64,000 bases of DNA from Terracidiphilus sp. (GTDB lineage Bacteria; Acidobacteriota; Terriglobia; Terriglobales; Acidobacteriaceae): positions 12,045 to 76,044 of the forward strand of contig NZ_JBEKYX010000005.1 of the NCBI RefSeq assembly GCF_049510455.1, given 5' to 3'. Numbering within the stretch: position 1 is the stretch's first letter; each line of letters begins with the position of its first letter. Positions 45,632-54,937 of the stretch are shown here, piece after piece. The notes beneath the pieces are model-generated. The model did no database searches. It saw only the letters and a program-made list of their open reading frames with translations, and was not told the origin of the DNA. The translations under genes were made by a program, and so were the position numbers.

Positions 45632-46642
45632 ATGATGCAGGGATCGAAAGCGGGGCTTTACGCCGGACGACTTCGACAGGAGATTGCAGAGTGTAACCGG
45701 CAGTATGCAGCGGGCCGTTGCCACGTGGAGAGTGTGGGTGGCGAGTCCGTGATTGTATACGCGCCACAGATGGACCCGGATGGGCGCATGATACATGGAA
45801 ATTTCTTCAATGCCGCGTACGAGGCAATTGCGGCACAGCCTGATTGGGTGAAGCGATTGAACAAAGTGCATACGGGCGGGCGCGGGTTGCCAAAGCTGCT
45901 GGATGAGCCTGGGCGCAAGTGGAAGGAACTCGACTCGTGCATGAGCTCTGATGCGCTGCTGATGAATGTGTTTTGTGCGCCTGGGGTGGCCGAGAGCGGA
46001 AACGTGAGGCGAATGCTGGGAATGGAAACGCAGGGTGAGCCTGTGTTTGGTTGGAAGGCGCGCGTGCCACTGAAGAATGGGCTGACGGATCGCACAGAAG
46101 TGGATATGCGATGGGACGGCCTGTTAGTAGAGGCGAAGCTGACGGAGCTGGATTTTCAGGTGCGCGCTTCGGCTGTTGTGGAGGCGTATAGAGATTTTGA
46201 AACGGTCTTTGACCGGGAGTTGCTGCCGCATGTGGAGATACGTGAAGCACGACGCAGAGCAGCTACTGAAATGCCGGAGGAGTTTACACAAGAATGGGAA
46301 CCTGGGACTGAGGATAGCGAGATTGCGCGGGAATATCAGGCAGAGATTGCAGCGCGTGCGTGGCGGACTACATCGGCTAAGGCAGGCTATGCGGGCTATC
46401 AACTGATACGCAATGTGCTGGCGGCGCATGCGACCGGATGCAGCTTCTGCGTGATTCACGACGAACGCAGGCCCGATCTGCGCGAGGCTTGGTTTACGGT
46501 GTTGAGGGCGGTGAGGGACGCAGAGATGAAGACGCGGCTGAAGGTGCTGACCTGGCAGGAGCTTGCAGCGGTATTGCCGCGCGAGCTGCGGGAGTTTCTT
46601 GAAGTGAAATACGGGATTGTTGCGGCGGAACGCAGAAGTTAG
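45632..46642 (+). CDS. Uncharacterised protein with a PD-(D/E)XK nuclease-like core motif
   Basis: ...SSDALLMNVF... then TEVDMRWDGLLVEAKLTE (D-x11-E-x-K). The start is uncertain, since the ORF is open from 45386; the ATG at 45632 has GAAGG upstream. Confidence 0.45.
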   Translation: MMQGSKAGLYAGRLRQEIAECNRQYAAGRCHVESVGGESVIVYAPQMDPDGRMIHGNFFNAAYEAIAAQPDWVKRLNKVHTGGRGLPKLLDEPGRKWKELDSCMSSDALLMNVFCAPGVAESGNVRRMLGMETQGEPVFGWKARVPLKNGLTDRTEVDMRWDGLLVEAKLTELDFQVRASAVVEAYRDFETVFDRELLPHVEIREARRRAATEMPEEFTQEWEPGTEDSEIAREYQAEIAARAWRTTSAKAGYAGYQLIRNVLAAHATGCSFCVIHDERRPDLREAWFTVLRAVRDAEMKTRLKVLTWQELAAVLPRELREFLEVKYGIVAAERRS

Positions 46643-48981
46643 CGTCCCGCGCCGGGGATATAGGTGTAATCGATCTTCGCAGGTTTCTTGATCGGGTCGC
46701 CGGTGAGGTCGTGCGTATGCCAGACGACGCTTTCCGCAGCGACCTCGGGATGTTTGCTAAGGAACTGCAGCGCGTAAGCAGAGGCCGTAGGATCGTCCTT
46801 CTGGTCGGCGAACTTGGCGGACTCGATAGCGGCGCGTTCCTTATCGCCGAGGCGGCGATAGAGAATGGCGAGCTGGTAATGAGCGGCGAGATCATCGGGG
46901 TCGATGGCCTGGAGACGTTCATAGGCTTCCCGCGATTTTACGTAATCGTGCTGCTGGTAGTAGCTGAAGCCCAGTTCGCGGAGAGCGTCGCGGGCGCGGG
47001 GATACTTGACCAAGACAGCTTCAAGATCGGCGATGGCATCCTGGATATAGCCGGCATTTCGTTCTACGAGAGCGCGGTAGTAGAGCGCACGAGGATCGCC
47101 GGGGAGGAGTGTAAGAGCCTTGGCGAGATTGCCCTTGGCATCGTTATAGCGCTCCCACGATATCTGCACGATTCCCATGTTGGTGAAGGCATCAGCATAA
47201 TCCGGTCGCAGAGCGGCAACGCGTTCAAAGGCGTGGACCGAGGCATCGTACTGCTGGGCATCGAGAAGCGCGATGCCGTAGTTGTTCCAGCGCATCCACT
47301 CAGGATTTTCCCCCTGCATGGGCTTCGAGGGCTCGTTGTCGCCGATGGTGAGGGTGCGGGTTTGCGAGGCCATGTCAATGATCGGCACCGGATAGTGCTT
47401 TTGATCCATCGCGTAATCGATGAAGTGCTGATTGAAGCGGCGGTATTTGACGATAGCGGTAATGGCGAACTGGCCGGTGATGTTCTTTGGGAGCCGGAAG
47501 CGATAGCGCACGAGCTGCGAGCGGCCTGACTGGATGGTGTTGTTGTAGGCGAGAACGCGGTTGTGCCATATCTGGTGGAGATCGTTCAGCTCGCCTTTGT
47601 TGTTGATGAGGCGATTGGTAAAGGAGTGGGCAGAAGGATCAAGGTTGCCATCGGGCTGCAGGAAGCCACTCTCAGCGATAGTTTTGCCGGACCCATCCTT
47701 GACGATAAAGTTGACCCATGACTCATAAAAGTCGCGCTGCTCGGGAACATGCGAGTGGGCTATGCCCTTGTTCTGAATGACGACGTCGGCGGTGAAGGCT
47801 TCACCGGCAGCGATGGCGTAATGGGTGAGGCCAAGCGGAGCGACAAGGACCTTGTTCGTGTCGGCTGCGGCGGCGCTTTCTTTTTCAAGTGCGAAGATGT
47901 CGACGTTGAAGACGCCTTTGCCGTCATAGCTGTTCTTGAGGAAGTCGGCAGTCTTCTGGGCTTGCTCATCGTACTTGTAGTACTGCGCCATCAGGGTGTT
48001 AGCGCCGAGCCAGCGGTGAGAAGCGAATTTGCCTTCTTTCGCGCCCGGATCGTCAGAGCCCGCAGGCAATGCCTCGCGGTTCATGTGGCATGTCTGGCAG
48101 TTGGAGACGGAGTCTTTGCGATAGAAGGGAAGCGGCGACTGTTTGGTGAAGCTGGCGGCCTGCCACTCGTCATATAAGGAGATGGCGCGAAGCCACTTAT
48201 AGTTGTCGAGTGAGGCAGGGATGGCGGCTTTGTGGCAGGCTGCGCAAAATTCAGTGGTTTTATAGAGCGGCTTCATGACTGCTTTGGAATGGCGGTCGAG
48301 GTGGGTGAGGATTTCCGCGTCGGTGACGGAGCGGGTGATGGGCGCGCCGTTTTCATCCACAATGACAGCGGGAATACCCATGACGTAGCTGCCGGTTCCT
48401 GTGGCATCCGTTGACTGAATGGAGTGGCAGGTAGAGCAGGTAACGCCCTCGTCTTCAAAAGGCCGCTTCTTGGGCATTCCCTGCGAAAGATCACCGGAAA
48501 GCAGAGCAACGGGATTGTGGCAGCCTTCGCAGTGACGGGAATACTGAACGCCCTTCTCGTCGATGAGCATGTTGACGCTCTTCAGATACCAGGGAGCGCG
48601 AAAACTGTTGGCGTGAACCGACTGGCGCCACTGGTGGTAGGCCTCTTTGTGACAGTGACCGCAATATTCGGCAGTGTAGAAGGCCTTGGGACTGAGGAAT
48701 TGACCGTTCACGCTCGTCGCGTTTGAGGGCAGAAACGGAGAGTCCTTGCCGAACGCATAGTTGTAACGCGCGGCGACTGAGTTATGGAACGACGTTGTGG
48801 GCCCGGTGACCTTGATGGCTGCTGTGTAGGCCGCACCGGCAGTGGCGGAGGTGTCGGAAGATGCATTGGACCCAGAGACCGACTTGGGATCAGTGGCGGC
48901 GCGGACGGCCCATGTCGCAGTAAGACAGGCGGCGACAGCCAATGAAACCAGCAACATACGGCGCAATGCAGATTTTGACAT
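46639..48981 (-). CDS. Secreted pentahaem c-type cytochrome fused to C-terminal TPR repeats
   Basis: Five CxxCH motifs (CGHCH, CEGCH, CSTCH, CAACH, CQTCH), signal peptide MSKSALRRMLLVSLAVAACLTATWAVRA, and a C-terminal TPR run (AFERVAALRPDYADAFTNMG...). Confidence 0.75.
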   Translation of the reverse strand: MSKSALRRMLLVSLAVAACLTATWAVRAATDPKSVSGSNASSDTSATAGAAYTAAIKVTGPTTSFHNSVAARYNYAFGKDSPFLPSNATSVNGQFLSPKAFYTAEYCGHCHKEAYHQWRQSVHANSFRAPWYLKSVNMLIDEKGVQYSRHCEGCHNPVALLSGDLSQGMPKKRPFEDEGVTCSTCHSIQSTDATGTGSYVMGIPAVIVDENGAPITRSVTDAEILTHLDRHSKAVMKPLYKTTEFCAACHKAAIPASLDNYKWLRAISLYDEWQAASFTKQSPLPFYRKDSVSNCQTCHMNREALPAGSDDPGAKEGKFASHRWLGANTLMAQYYKYDEQAQKTADFLKNSYDGKGVFNVDIFALEKESAAAADTNKVLVAPLGLTHYAIAAGEAFTADVVIQNKGIAHSHVPEQRDFYESWVNFIVKDGSGKTIAESGFLQPDGNLDPSAHSFTNRLINNKGELNDLHQIWHNRVLAYNNTIQSGRSQLVRYRFRLPKNITGQFAITAIVKYRRFNQHFIDYAMDQKHYPVPIIDMASQTRTLTIGDNEPSKPMQGENPEWMRWNNYGIALLDAQQYDASVHAFERVAALRPDYADAFTNMGIVQISWERYNDAKGNLAKALTLLPGDPRALYYRALVERNAGYIQDAIADLEAVLVKYPRARDALRELGFSYYQQHDYVKSREAYERLQAIDPDDLAAHYQLAILYRRLGDKERAAIESAKFADQKDDPTASAYALQFLSKHPEVAAESVVWHTHDLTGDPIKKPAKIDYTYIPGAGR

Positions 48982-49510
48982 TGTGCGACGGTCTCCCCGG
49001 AAACTTGCGTTCCGGCGGAGCGGATGACGGGGCCTTTTCCACTGGAACTGGATGAACGGTAACAGAGTGGATACGTGGAGTGTCCTCCATCCAAAGGTGG
49101 AGGAATTGAGATTGTGATGAGTCAGTTGGGTTGGCGAGCACGGGCGTGAGAAAAGGTGCAAGCGCGGCAATCAGGATGCACCATACCGAAGACCTGGTTG
49201 CGAAGACCAACGTCGCGCACTCAGAAGGAAGAGGGAGCAGAAGAGCACGGAGAGACGGATTGCAGCGGAACGGAGAGGAACGGTACGCATGAACAGGTTC
49301 GCTCTGCATACTTGGGCGAGCCTCTATGGCCACGGTTGACCGTTCTTCAAGAGGGATGATTTACCAAGATTGCAGGCAAACAGTAAACGGTTCACAGAGT
49401 GGGATGAACGGGCGAAAAATCAGGCTGAATGGTGTGATTCGCGGCACATCCGCTTAGCCAAAGAAGGGGCCAAACTGGTAGGTTGATACAGAAGGTTTCC
49501 TGACCCCGCG

Positions 49511-49882
49511 ATGACCTCAAGCCCTTATTTTTCTCTGGCCGTTTTGTTTTTTGGCGCACTCGGATTCGGACTTGCGCCGCTGGGGTTGGCATGGCTGTGG
49601 GCACGGGTATTCGCACCGGCCAAGCCGAACGCGATCAAGAATGCGATTTATGAGTGCGGGCTTGAGTCCAAAGGCGATGCATGGGTGCAGTTCCGCTCGG
49701 CCTATTACCTGTACGCGATTATCTTTCTCATCTTTGATGTGGAAGCGGTCTTTTTGCTGCCGTTTGCAGTGGTGTTTACGGGGCTGAGCGGAGGGGCATG
49801 CTTGGCGATGCTGGCGTTTGTGCTTCTGCTAGTCGAAGGGCTGGCCTGGGCGTGGGCGAAGGGAGTTTTGACGTGGCAATAG
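49511..49882 (+). CDS. nuoA: NADH-quinone oxidoreductase subunit A
   Basis: 123 aa, 3 TM, with the motif YECG.E..G.A...F...YY..A..F..FDVE..FL.P. Confidence 0.9.
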   Translation: MTSSPYFSLAVLFFGALGFGLAPLGLAWLWARVFAPAKPNAIKNAIYECGLESKGDAWVQFRSAYYLYAIIFLIFDVEAVFLLPFAVVFTGLSGGACLAMLAFVLLLVEGLAWAWAKGVLTWQ

Positions 49883-50487
49883 ATCAGGAATTGAAGATCG
49901 AATTAGGTAAACAGGGTATCTTTGTCACGACCATTCAGGAACTCTACAACTGGGGTCGCAAGAGCTCGGTGTGGCCGATGCAGTTTGGGCTGGCGTGTTG
50001 CGCGATTGAGATGATTGCCACGACAATGGCGCGCTATGACCTGGCGCGGTTTGGAGCGGAGGTGTTTCGGCCGTCGCCCCGTCAGGCGGACCTGATGATT
50101 GTCTCCGGTACGGTGACAAAGAAGATGGCGCCGCAGGTGGTAAGGCTTTATAACCAGATGGCCGAGCCGAGGTATGTGATCGCGATGGGAGCGTGCGCAA
50201 TCTCCGGCGGCCCGTTCAAGCAGGGATACAACGTGCTGAAGGGGATTGATCGTTATATTCCTGTGGATGTGCACATTCCGGGTTGCCCTCCGCGACCCGA
50301 GGCGCTGCTGCAGGCTTTTATGACGTTGCAGAAGAAGATTGACGAGCATAGCCTGACGGGCGAAAACAGGCCGCGTTACCTGAATGCCGATGCGCCTGGT
50401 GAGTTTCCGGTTCCAGAACAGGGCGAACACGATCTGGTGCCTCCTTCAAATCCGAACGTATGGACCGTGCCGGTGGTGATCCGCTGA
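49873..50487 (+). CDS. nuoB: NADH-quinone oxidoreductase subunit B
   Basis: [23 protein letters not shown] and IPGCPPRPE motifs. The start is probably the GTG at 49873 (GGGAG upstream); the ORF is open from 49798. Confidence 0.9.
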   Translation: MAIDQELKIELGKQGIFVTTIQELYNWGRKSSVWPMQFGLACCAIEMIATTMARYDLARFGAEVFRPSPRQADLMIVSGTVTKKMAPQVVRLYNQMAEPRYVIAMGACAISGGPFKQGYNVLKGIDRYIPVDVHIPGCPPRPEALLQAFMTLQKKIDEHSLTGENRPRYLNADAPGEFPVPEQGEHDLVPPSNPNVWTVPVVIR

Positions 50488-51155
50488 TGAAGACGGTCGA
50501 GGAGATTAAGGCAGCGATTGAGGTGGCAGTGCCGGGCGCGCGCGCGGAGATTGTGCCCAATGGTAGCCCCAGCGCTGAACACTCTCTGCTGCTGGATGCG
50601 GCTCACGCCTTTGCCGTGGCGAAATTTCTGCGCGATGACGCGGAACTCAAACTGGATTTTCTTTCCAATGTGACGGGTGTCGACTGGCTGGATAAAGAGA
50701 CTACGGAGAAGGTGAAGGTTACGCATCCGGTTGAAAAGGAAGTGGACGGTGTTAAGACGATTGTGGATGAGACCGTGGAGGAGACGAAGAAGACGGTCAC
50801 ACCAGGTTATCTTGAAGCGGTCTATCACCTGTATTCGATGGCGAAGAAACATGGTCCGGTGATTCTGCGCATACGCACTGGTAACCGGAGCGACAAAGTG
50901 GAGCTGCCTTCGCTTACTCCGATCTGGCGCGCAGCGGAGTTTCAGGAGCGTGAGGTCTTCGATCTATTCGGAATCATCTTTACCGGGCATCCGGACCTGC
51001 GGCGGATTTTGATGTGGGATGAATTCAAGGATTATCCGATGCGGCGCGATTATGTGGACCCGGATGACTACGAGTACGAACCTACGCCGCATGACGAGGT
51101 GTTGAAGCGCGCGCAGGCGCATCAGGCAGCGGCGAAGACGGAGGCGGCACAGTGA
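50487..51155 (+). CDS. nuoC: NADH-quinone oxidoreductase subunit C
   Basis: [34 protein letters not shown] motif. TGATG overlap with nuoB. Confidence 0.9.
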   Translation: MKTVEEIKAAIEVAVPGARAEIVPNGSPSAEHSLLLDAAHAFAVAKFLRDDAELKLDFLSNVTGVDWLDKETTEKVKVTHPVEKEVDGVKTIVDETVEETKKTVTPGYLEAVYHLYSMAKKHGPVILRIRTGNRSDKVELPSLTPIWRAAEFQEREVFDLFGIIFTGHPDLRRILMWDEFKDYPMRRDYVDPDDYEYEPTPHDEVLKRAQAHQAAAKTEAAQ

Positions 51156-52309
51156 GCGAGAGCTTATTGGAAACTTGGAACCGGCCTCCAGTGATTGAAG
51201 CTGACGGCGAAGGCGAGCTGCTGGAAATTTCAATGGGGCCGCACCATCCTTCAACGCACGGCGTTTTTCGCATGGATGTAGCGTTGGATGGCGAGCGCGT
51301 GATCAAGCTGAAGCCCGTGTTTGGCTATCTTCACCGCAATCATGAGCAGATCGGGCAGACAGTAGGCTATCTGCAGATGATGCCGTATACCGATCGGCTG
51401 GACTACTTCTGCTCACTGACAAATAACTGGGCGTATGCTCTGACGGTTGAGAAGCTGGTGGGGCAGGCTGTGCCGGAGCGAGCGGAGTACATTCGCGTGA
51501 TTCTGGCGGAGCTGACGCGTATTCAGAATCATGCTTCGACGATTGGTTTTTTGACGCAGGAGATGGGCGCGAGCGGCACGCCGCTAATGTACGCATTCCG
51601 CGAGCGCGAGAAGATTCTGGATTTGTTTGAGAGCCTGACGGGCTCGCGCTTGATGTGCAACTACATGCGCTTTGGCGGTTGCCGAGTTGATATGTCGGAG
51701 GCGCACTTGAATGCAGCGCGGAAGGTTGTGGCGGAACTACCGCAGTTTATAGACGAATTTGAGAATCTACTGACTTCGAACGAGATTTTGATGGCGCGGT
51801 GCCAGGGCATAGGCGTCGTCAAGCCCGAATTGGCGGTGAATGCGGGTATAACCGGGCCGATGCTGCGTGCAGCGGGCGTGAACTACGACATCCGTAAAGT
51901 GGACCGCTATGGTATCTACGACCGGTTTAGCTTCCGCGTGCCGCTGGGTGAGCACGGCGATATTTATGACCGCTATATGGTTCGCGTGTTGGAAATGCGC
52001 GAGTCACTGAAGATTCTGGAGCAGGCGTTGAAGGATATTCCGGCGGGACCGTTTGTGGACCCCAAGGCGAAAATTCGCGGCTTTAAACCCAAGCCGGGCG
52101 AGGCGTATGGGCGCATTGAAGCTCCGAAGGGCGAACTCGGGTTCTATCTGATCAGCGATGGCGGCACATCGCCGTACCGTTTTCGCATCCGGCCACCGAG
52201 CTTTATCAATCTGACAATTCTGGAAGACATGTGCCTGGGGCAAAACGTGGCCGATGTGGTGGTGATCTTTGGCAGTGTGGATATTGTGCTTGGTGAAGTA
52301 GACCGATAG
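51152..52309 (+). CDS. nuoD: NADH-quinone oxidoreductase subunit D
   Basis: [19 protein letters not shown] and RIRPPSF.NL motifs. GTG start overlaps the nuoC stop. Confidence 0.9.
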   Translation: MSESLLETWNRPPVIEADGEGELLEISMGPHHPSTHGVFRMDVALDGERVIKLKPVFGYLHRNHEQIGQTVGYLQMMPYTDRLDYFCSLTNNWAYALTVEKLVGQAVPERAEYIRVILAELTRIQNHASTIGFLTQEMGASGTPLMYAFREREKILDLFESLTGSRLMCNYMRFGGCRVDMSEAHLNAARKVVAELPQFIDEFENLLTSNEILMARCQGIGVVKPELAVNAGITGPMLRAAGVNYDIRKVDRYGIYDRFSFRVPLGEHGDIYDRYMVRVLEMRESLKILEQALKDIPAGPFVDPKAKIRGFKPKPGEAYGRIEAPKGELGFYLISDGGTSPYRFRIRPPSFINLTILEDMCLGQNVADVVVIFGSVDIVLGEVDR

Positions 52310-52319
52310 GAGAGGCAAC

Positions 52320-52934
52320 GTGCTGGGTGAAGGCTTACTGAAGGGGCTGGCGGAGACGGCAAGAAACTTTGCAGGCAGCTTTGTCTCAAAAGAACGGCTA
52401 ACGACAGTCCAGTATCCGGAGGAGCGTCATCCGCTGCCGGAGGCCTCGCGTAACTTTCCGTTTCTGGTGTATGACGGCGCAGACTGGGAGGCGGGACTGC
52501 GCTGCGTGGCCTGCCAGATATGCGAAAAAGAGTGCCCGCCCAAGTGCATCTACATCGAAAAAAGTAAGGACAAGAAGCCGGATTATGCGGGTAAGTTGCA
52601 GATTTATCCGACGCAGTTCGACATCGACATATCCGTATGCATGAGTTGCCAGATCTGCGTGGAAGTATGTCCGTTTGAGGCGATCAAGATGGACAACGAG
52701 TTTGAACTGGCAACGGATGATCGCTTTGGAGGGTTGCTGCAAGATCGCAAGCAGCTTGCGAAACCCAATGAGTACTACCACAAGATTCACCCGACGGAGG
52801 CTGCGGAGGTAGACGCGCGCCTGGCGGAAGAGAAGGCCAAGGTTGAGGAAAAGGCCAGGGCTGCGGCAGTCGCTGCTGCCGCCAAGGCTGCTGCTGCTGC
52901 GCCCAAGCCTGCAGAGGGGGCTCAACCGCAATGA
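52320..52934 (+). CDS. nuoI: NADH-quinone oxidoreductase subunit I (2x[4Fe-4S]) with Ala/Lys-rich C-terminal tail
   Basis: CVACQICEKECP and CMSCQICVEVCP ferredoxin motifs. Tail: [36 protein letters not shown]. Confidence 0.9.
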   Translation: MLGEGLLKGLAETARNFAGSFVSKERLTTVQYPEERHPLPEASRNFPFLVYDGADWEAGLRCVACQICEKECPPKCIYIEKSKDKKPDYAGKLQIYPTQFDIDISVCMSCQICVEVCPFEAIKMDNEFELATDDRFGGLLQDRKQLAKPNEYYHKIHPTEAAEVDARLAEEKAKVEEKARAAAVAAAAKAAAAAPKPAEGAQPQ

Positions 52935-54106
52935 CGAATACGCTCGATCAGATATTTGTGCTGCTGAAACACTGGATTATCGGATTCCTGCCAGTGTGGC
53001 TGCAGCCTATCGTGGCTGCGCTTTTGAGCGTGGTGGCGATTCTGGCGGTCTTTCCGGGGCTATTTGCGATCTCTGTACTACTTGAGCGCAAGGGACTGGG
53101 CCGCATGCAGAACCGCATCGGGCCGAATCGTGTGGGGCCGCTTGGTGTGCTGCAGCCAGTAGCAGATGGTATCAAGGCGCTGATCAAAGAGGATGTGATT
53201 CCTTACAGTGCGGACCACGTTGTGCATTTTCTTGCGCCGGTGATGCTGGTGGTTGTGGTCTTTATGGGCTACGCCGTGCTGCCGATGGGCCGCAATATGA
53301 CCTTTGTGCCGATGGATGCGGGCTTGTTGTTTTACTTCGCTATGGGTGCCTCGGCCGAGCTGACGGTTTTCATGGCGGGGTGGTCGAGCCGCAATAAGTA
53401 TTCGCTGCTCGGAGCAATGCGTGCGGTGGCGCAGATGATCAGCTACGAGGTTCCGCTGCTGATGTCAAGCGTGGTGATTGTGATGATGACAGGATCACTC
53501 TCGCTGGACAAGATTGTGGAAGTGCAGAACCAGTACACATGGGGATTGCCGCATTGGTTTGTATTTACGCCGATGGGCTTTGCTGCATTTGTGATGTTTG
53601 CCATTGCGGCAACTGCGGAGACTAATCGTTCGCCATTTGATCTGCCGGAAGGTGAGTCAGAGCTTGTCGCGGGGTACTTCACGGAATACTCGGGATTCAA
53701 GTTTGCGGAGTTTTTCCTTGGCGAGTATGTTGCGATGCTTTCGATCTCGGGCCTCGGCGCAACACTCTTTCTGGGCGGATGGAGCGCGCCGCTTGCGATT
53801 TTGAATGTGGTTCCGTCGTGGTTCTGGTTTTTTGCAAAGATCATGACGTGGATATGCTTCTACATCTGGATGCGCGGAACATTCCCGCGCCTTAGGCAAG
53901 ATCAGCTCATGAATTTTGCGTGGAAGTTTGTGTTGCCAATGACGCTGCTGAACCTGTTAGTTGCAGGATTGTGGCGGTTTATGGGCGAGGGCTTCCTACG
54001 CTGGGTTGTCTGCTCGGCGATTTTGCTGTCCGCATACATCATTGGAGGGCGCATAGGGATGCGGAGCAAGAAATTTGGCCCACGGAGTTACCGCTATGCC
54101 GAGTAG
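52931..54106 (+). CDS. nuoH: NADH-quinone oxidoreductase subunit H
   Basis: [43 protein letters not shown] and EY motifs. ATGA overlap with nuoI. Confidence 0.9.
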   Translation: MTNTLDQIFVLLKHWIIGFLPVWLQPIVAALLSVVAILAVFPGLFAISVLLERKGLGRMQNRIGPNRVGPLGVLQPVADGIKALIKEDVIPYSADHVVHFLAPVMLVVVVFMGYAVLPMGRNMTFVPMDAGLLFYFAMGASAELTVFMAGWSSRNKYSLLGAMRAVAQMISYEVPLLMSSVVIVMMTGSLSLDKIVEVQNQYTWGLPHWFVFTPMGFAAFVMFAIAATAETNRSPFDLPEGESELVAGYFTEYSGFKFAEFFLGEYVAMLSISGLGATLFLGGWSAPLAILNVVPSWFWFFAKIMTWICFYIWMRGTFPRLRQDQLMNFAWKFVLPMTLLNLLVAGLWRFMGEGFLRWVVCSAILLSAYIIGGRIGMRSKKFGPRSYRYAE

Positions 54107-54127
54107 AGCCGAAAGGATGGGCCGCGG

Positions 54128-54625
54128 ATGGTGATCTTTGCGATTCTGGCCGCTCTCACTGTTGCTGGTGGACTAGCGGCGGTAATGCTACGCAATACAG
54201 TACACTGCGCGCTTGCAGTGGCAGTGGCCTTTGCAGGACTGGCGCTCTTGTTTCTGCGATTGAACGCGCAGTTTGCGGGCTTTGCGCAGATTCTCGTCTA
54301 TGTTGGCGCCGTGGCGATTCTGGTGGTGTTTGCAATTCTATTGACACGCAACTCAGAGACGCCTGCGACGGGTGTTTTCAGCAAGACATGGCTGGCCGGG
54401 CTGGTTATCGCAGCGGCAGTTTTTGCTGTGCTGGCATGGGCCGTCATCAAAAGTCAGGCAGCATTGCCGCAGGAGCAGACTGAGCCGCAGATTAGCGTCG
54501 CACAGATTGGTAATGCATTGATGGGTCGCTACGTGTTGCCACTCGAGATTGTTGCTGTATTGCTTACCGCGGCGATGATTGGTGCCGTGATTGTGGCAAT
54601 GCACGAGAAAGGGAGCGCGAAGTGA
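54128..54625 (+). CDS. nuoJ: NADH-quinone oxidoreductase subunit J
   Basis: 165 aa, 5 TM, with the QILVYVGAV.IL..F motif. Confidence 0.85.
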   Translation: MVIFAILAALTVAGGLAAVMLRNTVHCALAVAVAFAGLALLFLRLNAQFAGFAQILVYVGAVAILVVFAILLTRNSETPATGVFSKTWLAGLVIAAAVFAVLAWAVIKSQAALPQEQTEPQISVAQIGNALMGRYVLPLEIVAVLLTAAMIGAVIVAMHEKGSAK

Positions 54626-54933
54626 GTCCGCTTTCCTGTTATTTGTTGGTGGCTGCGCTGGTGTTTGCCATTGGACTTGCCGGTGCTTTGACGCGCCGCA
54701 ATGCCATTCTCGTATTGATTGGCATTGAGCTGATGCTGAATGCGGCCAACCTGAATCTGATTGCGTTCTGGCGCTATGGACCAAATCCGGCCGCGCTGAC
54801 CGGGCTAATGTTTGCCGTATTTTCGATTGCTGTAGCCGCCGCAGAGGCGGCTGTAGGACTGGGTCTTGTGATCTCTATCTATCGACACTTGCGTACAACC
54901 GATCTCGACGAGATCAGCCGGATGAAAGGGTGA
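54622..54933 (+). CDS. nuoK: NADH-quinone oxidoreductase subunit K
   Basis: 103 aa, 3 TM, with IGIELMLNAANLN and AAAEAAVGL motifs. GTGA overlap. Confidence 0.9.
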   Translation: MSPLSCYLLVAALVFAIGLAGALTRRNAILVLIGIELMLNAANLNLIAFWRYGPNPAALTGLMFAVFSIAVAAAEAAVGLGLVISIYRHLRTTDLDEISRMKG

Positions 54934-54937
54934 GCCG

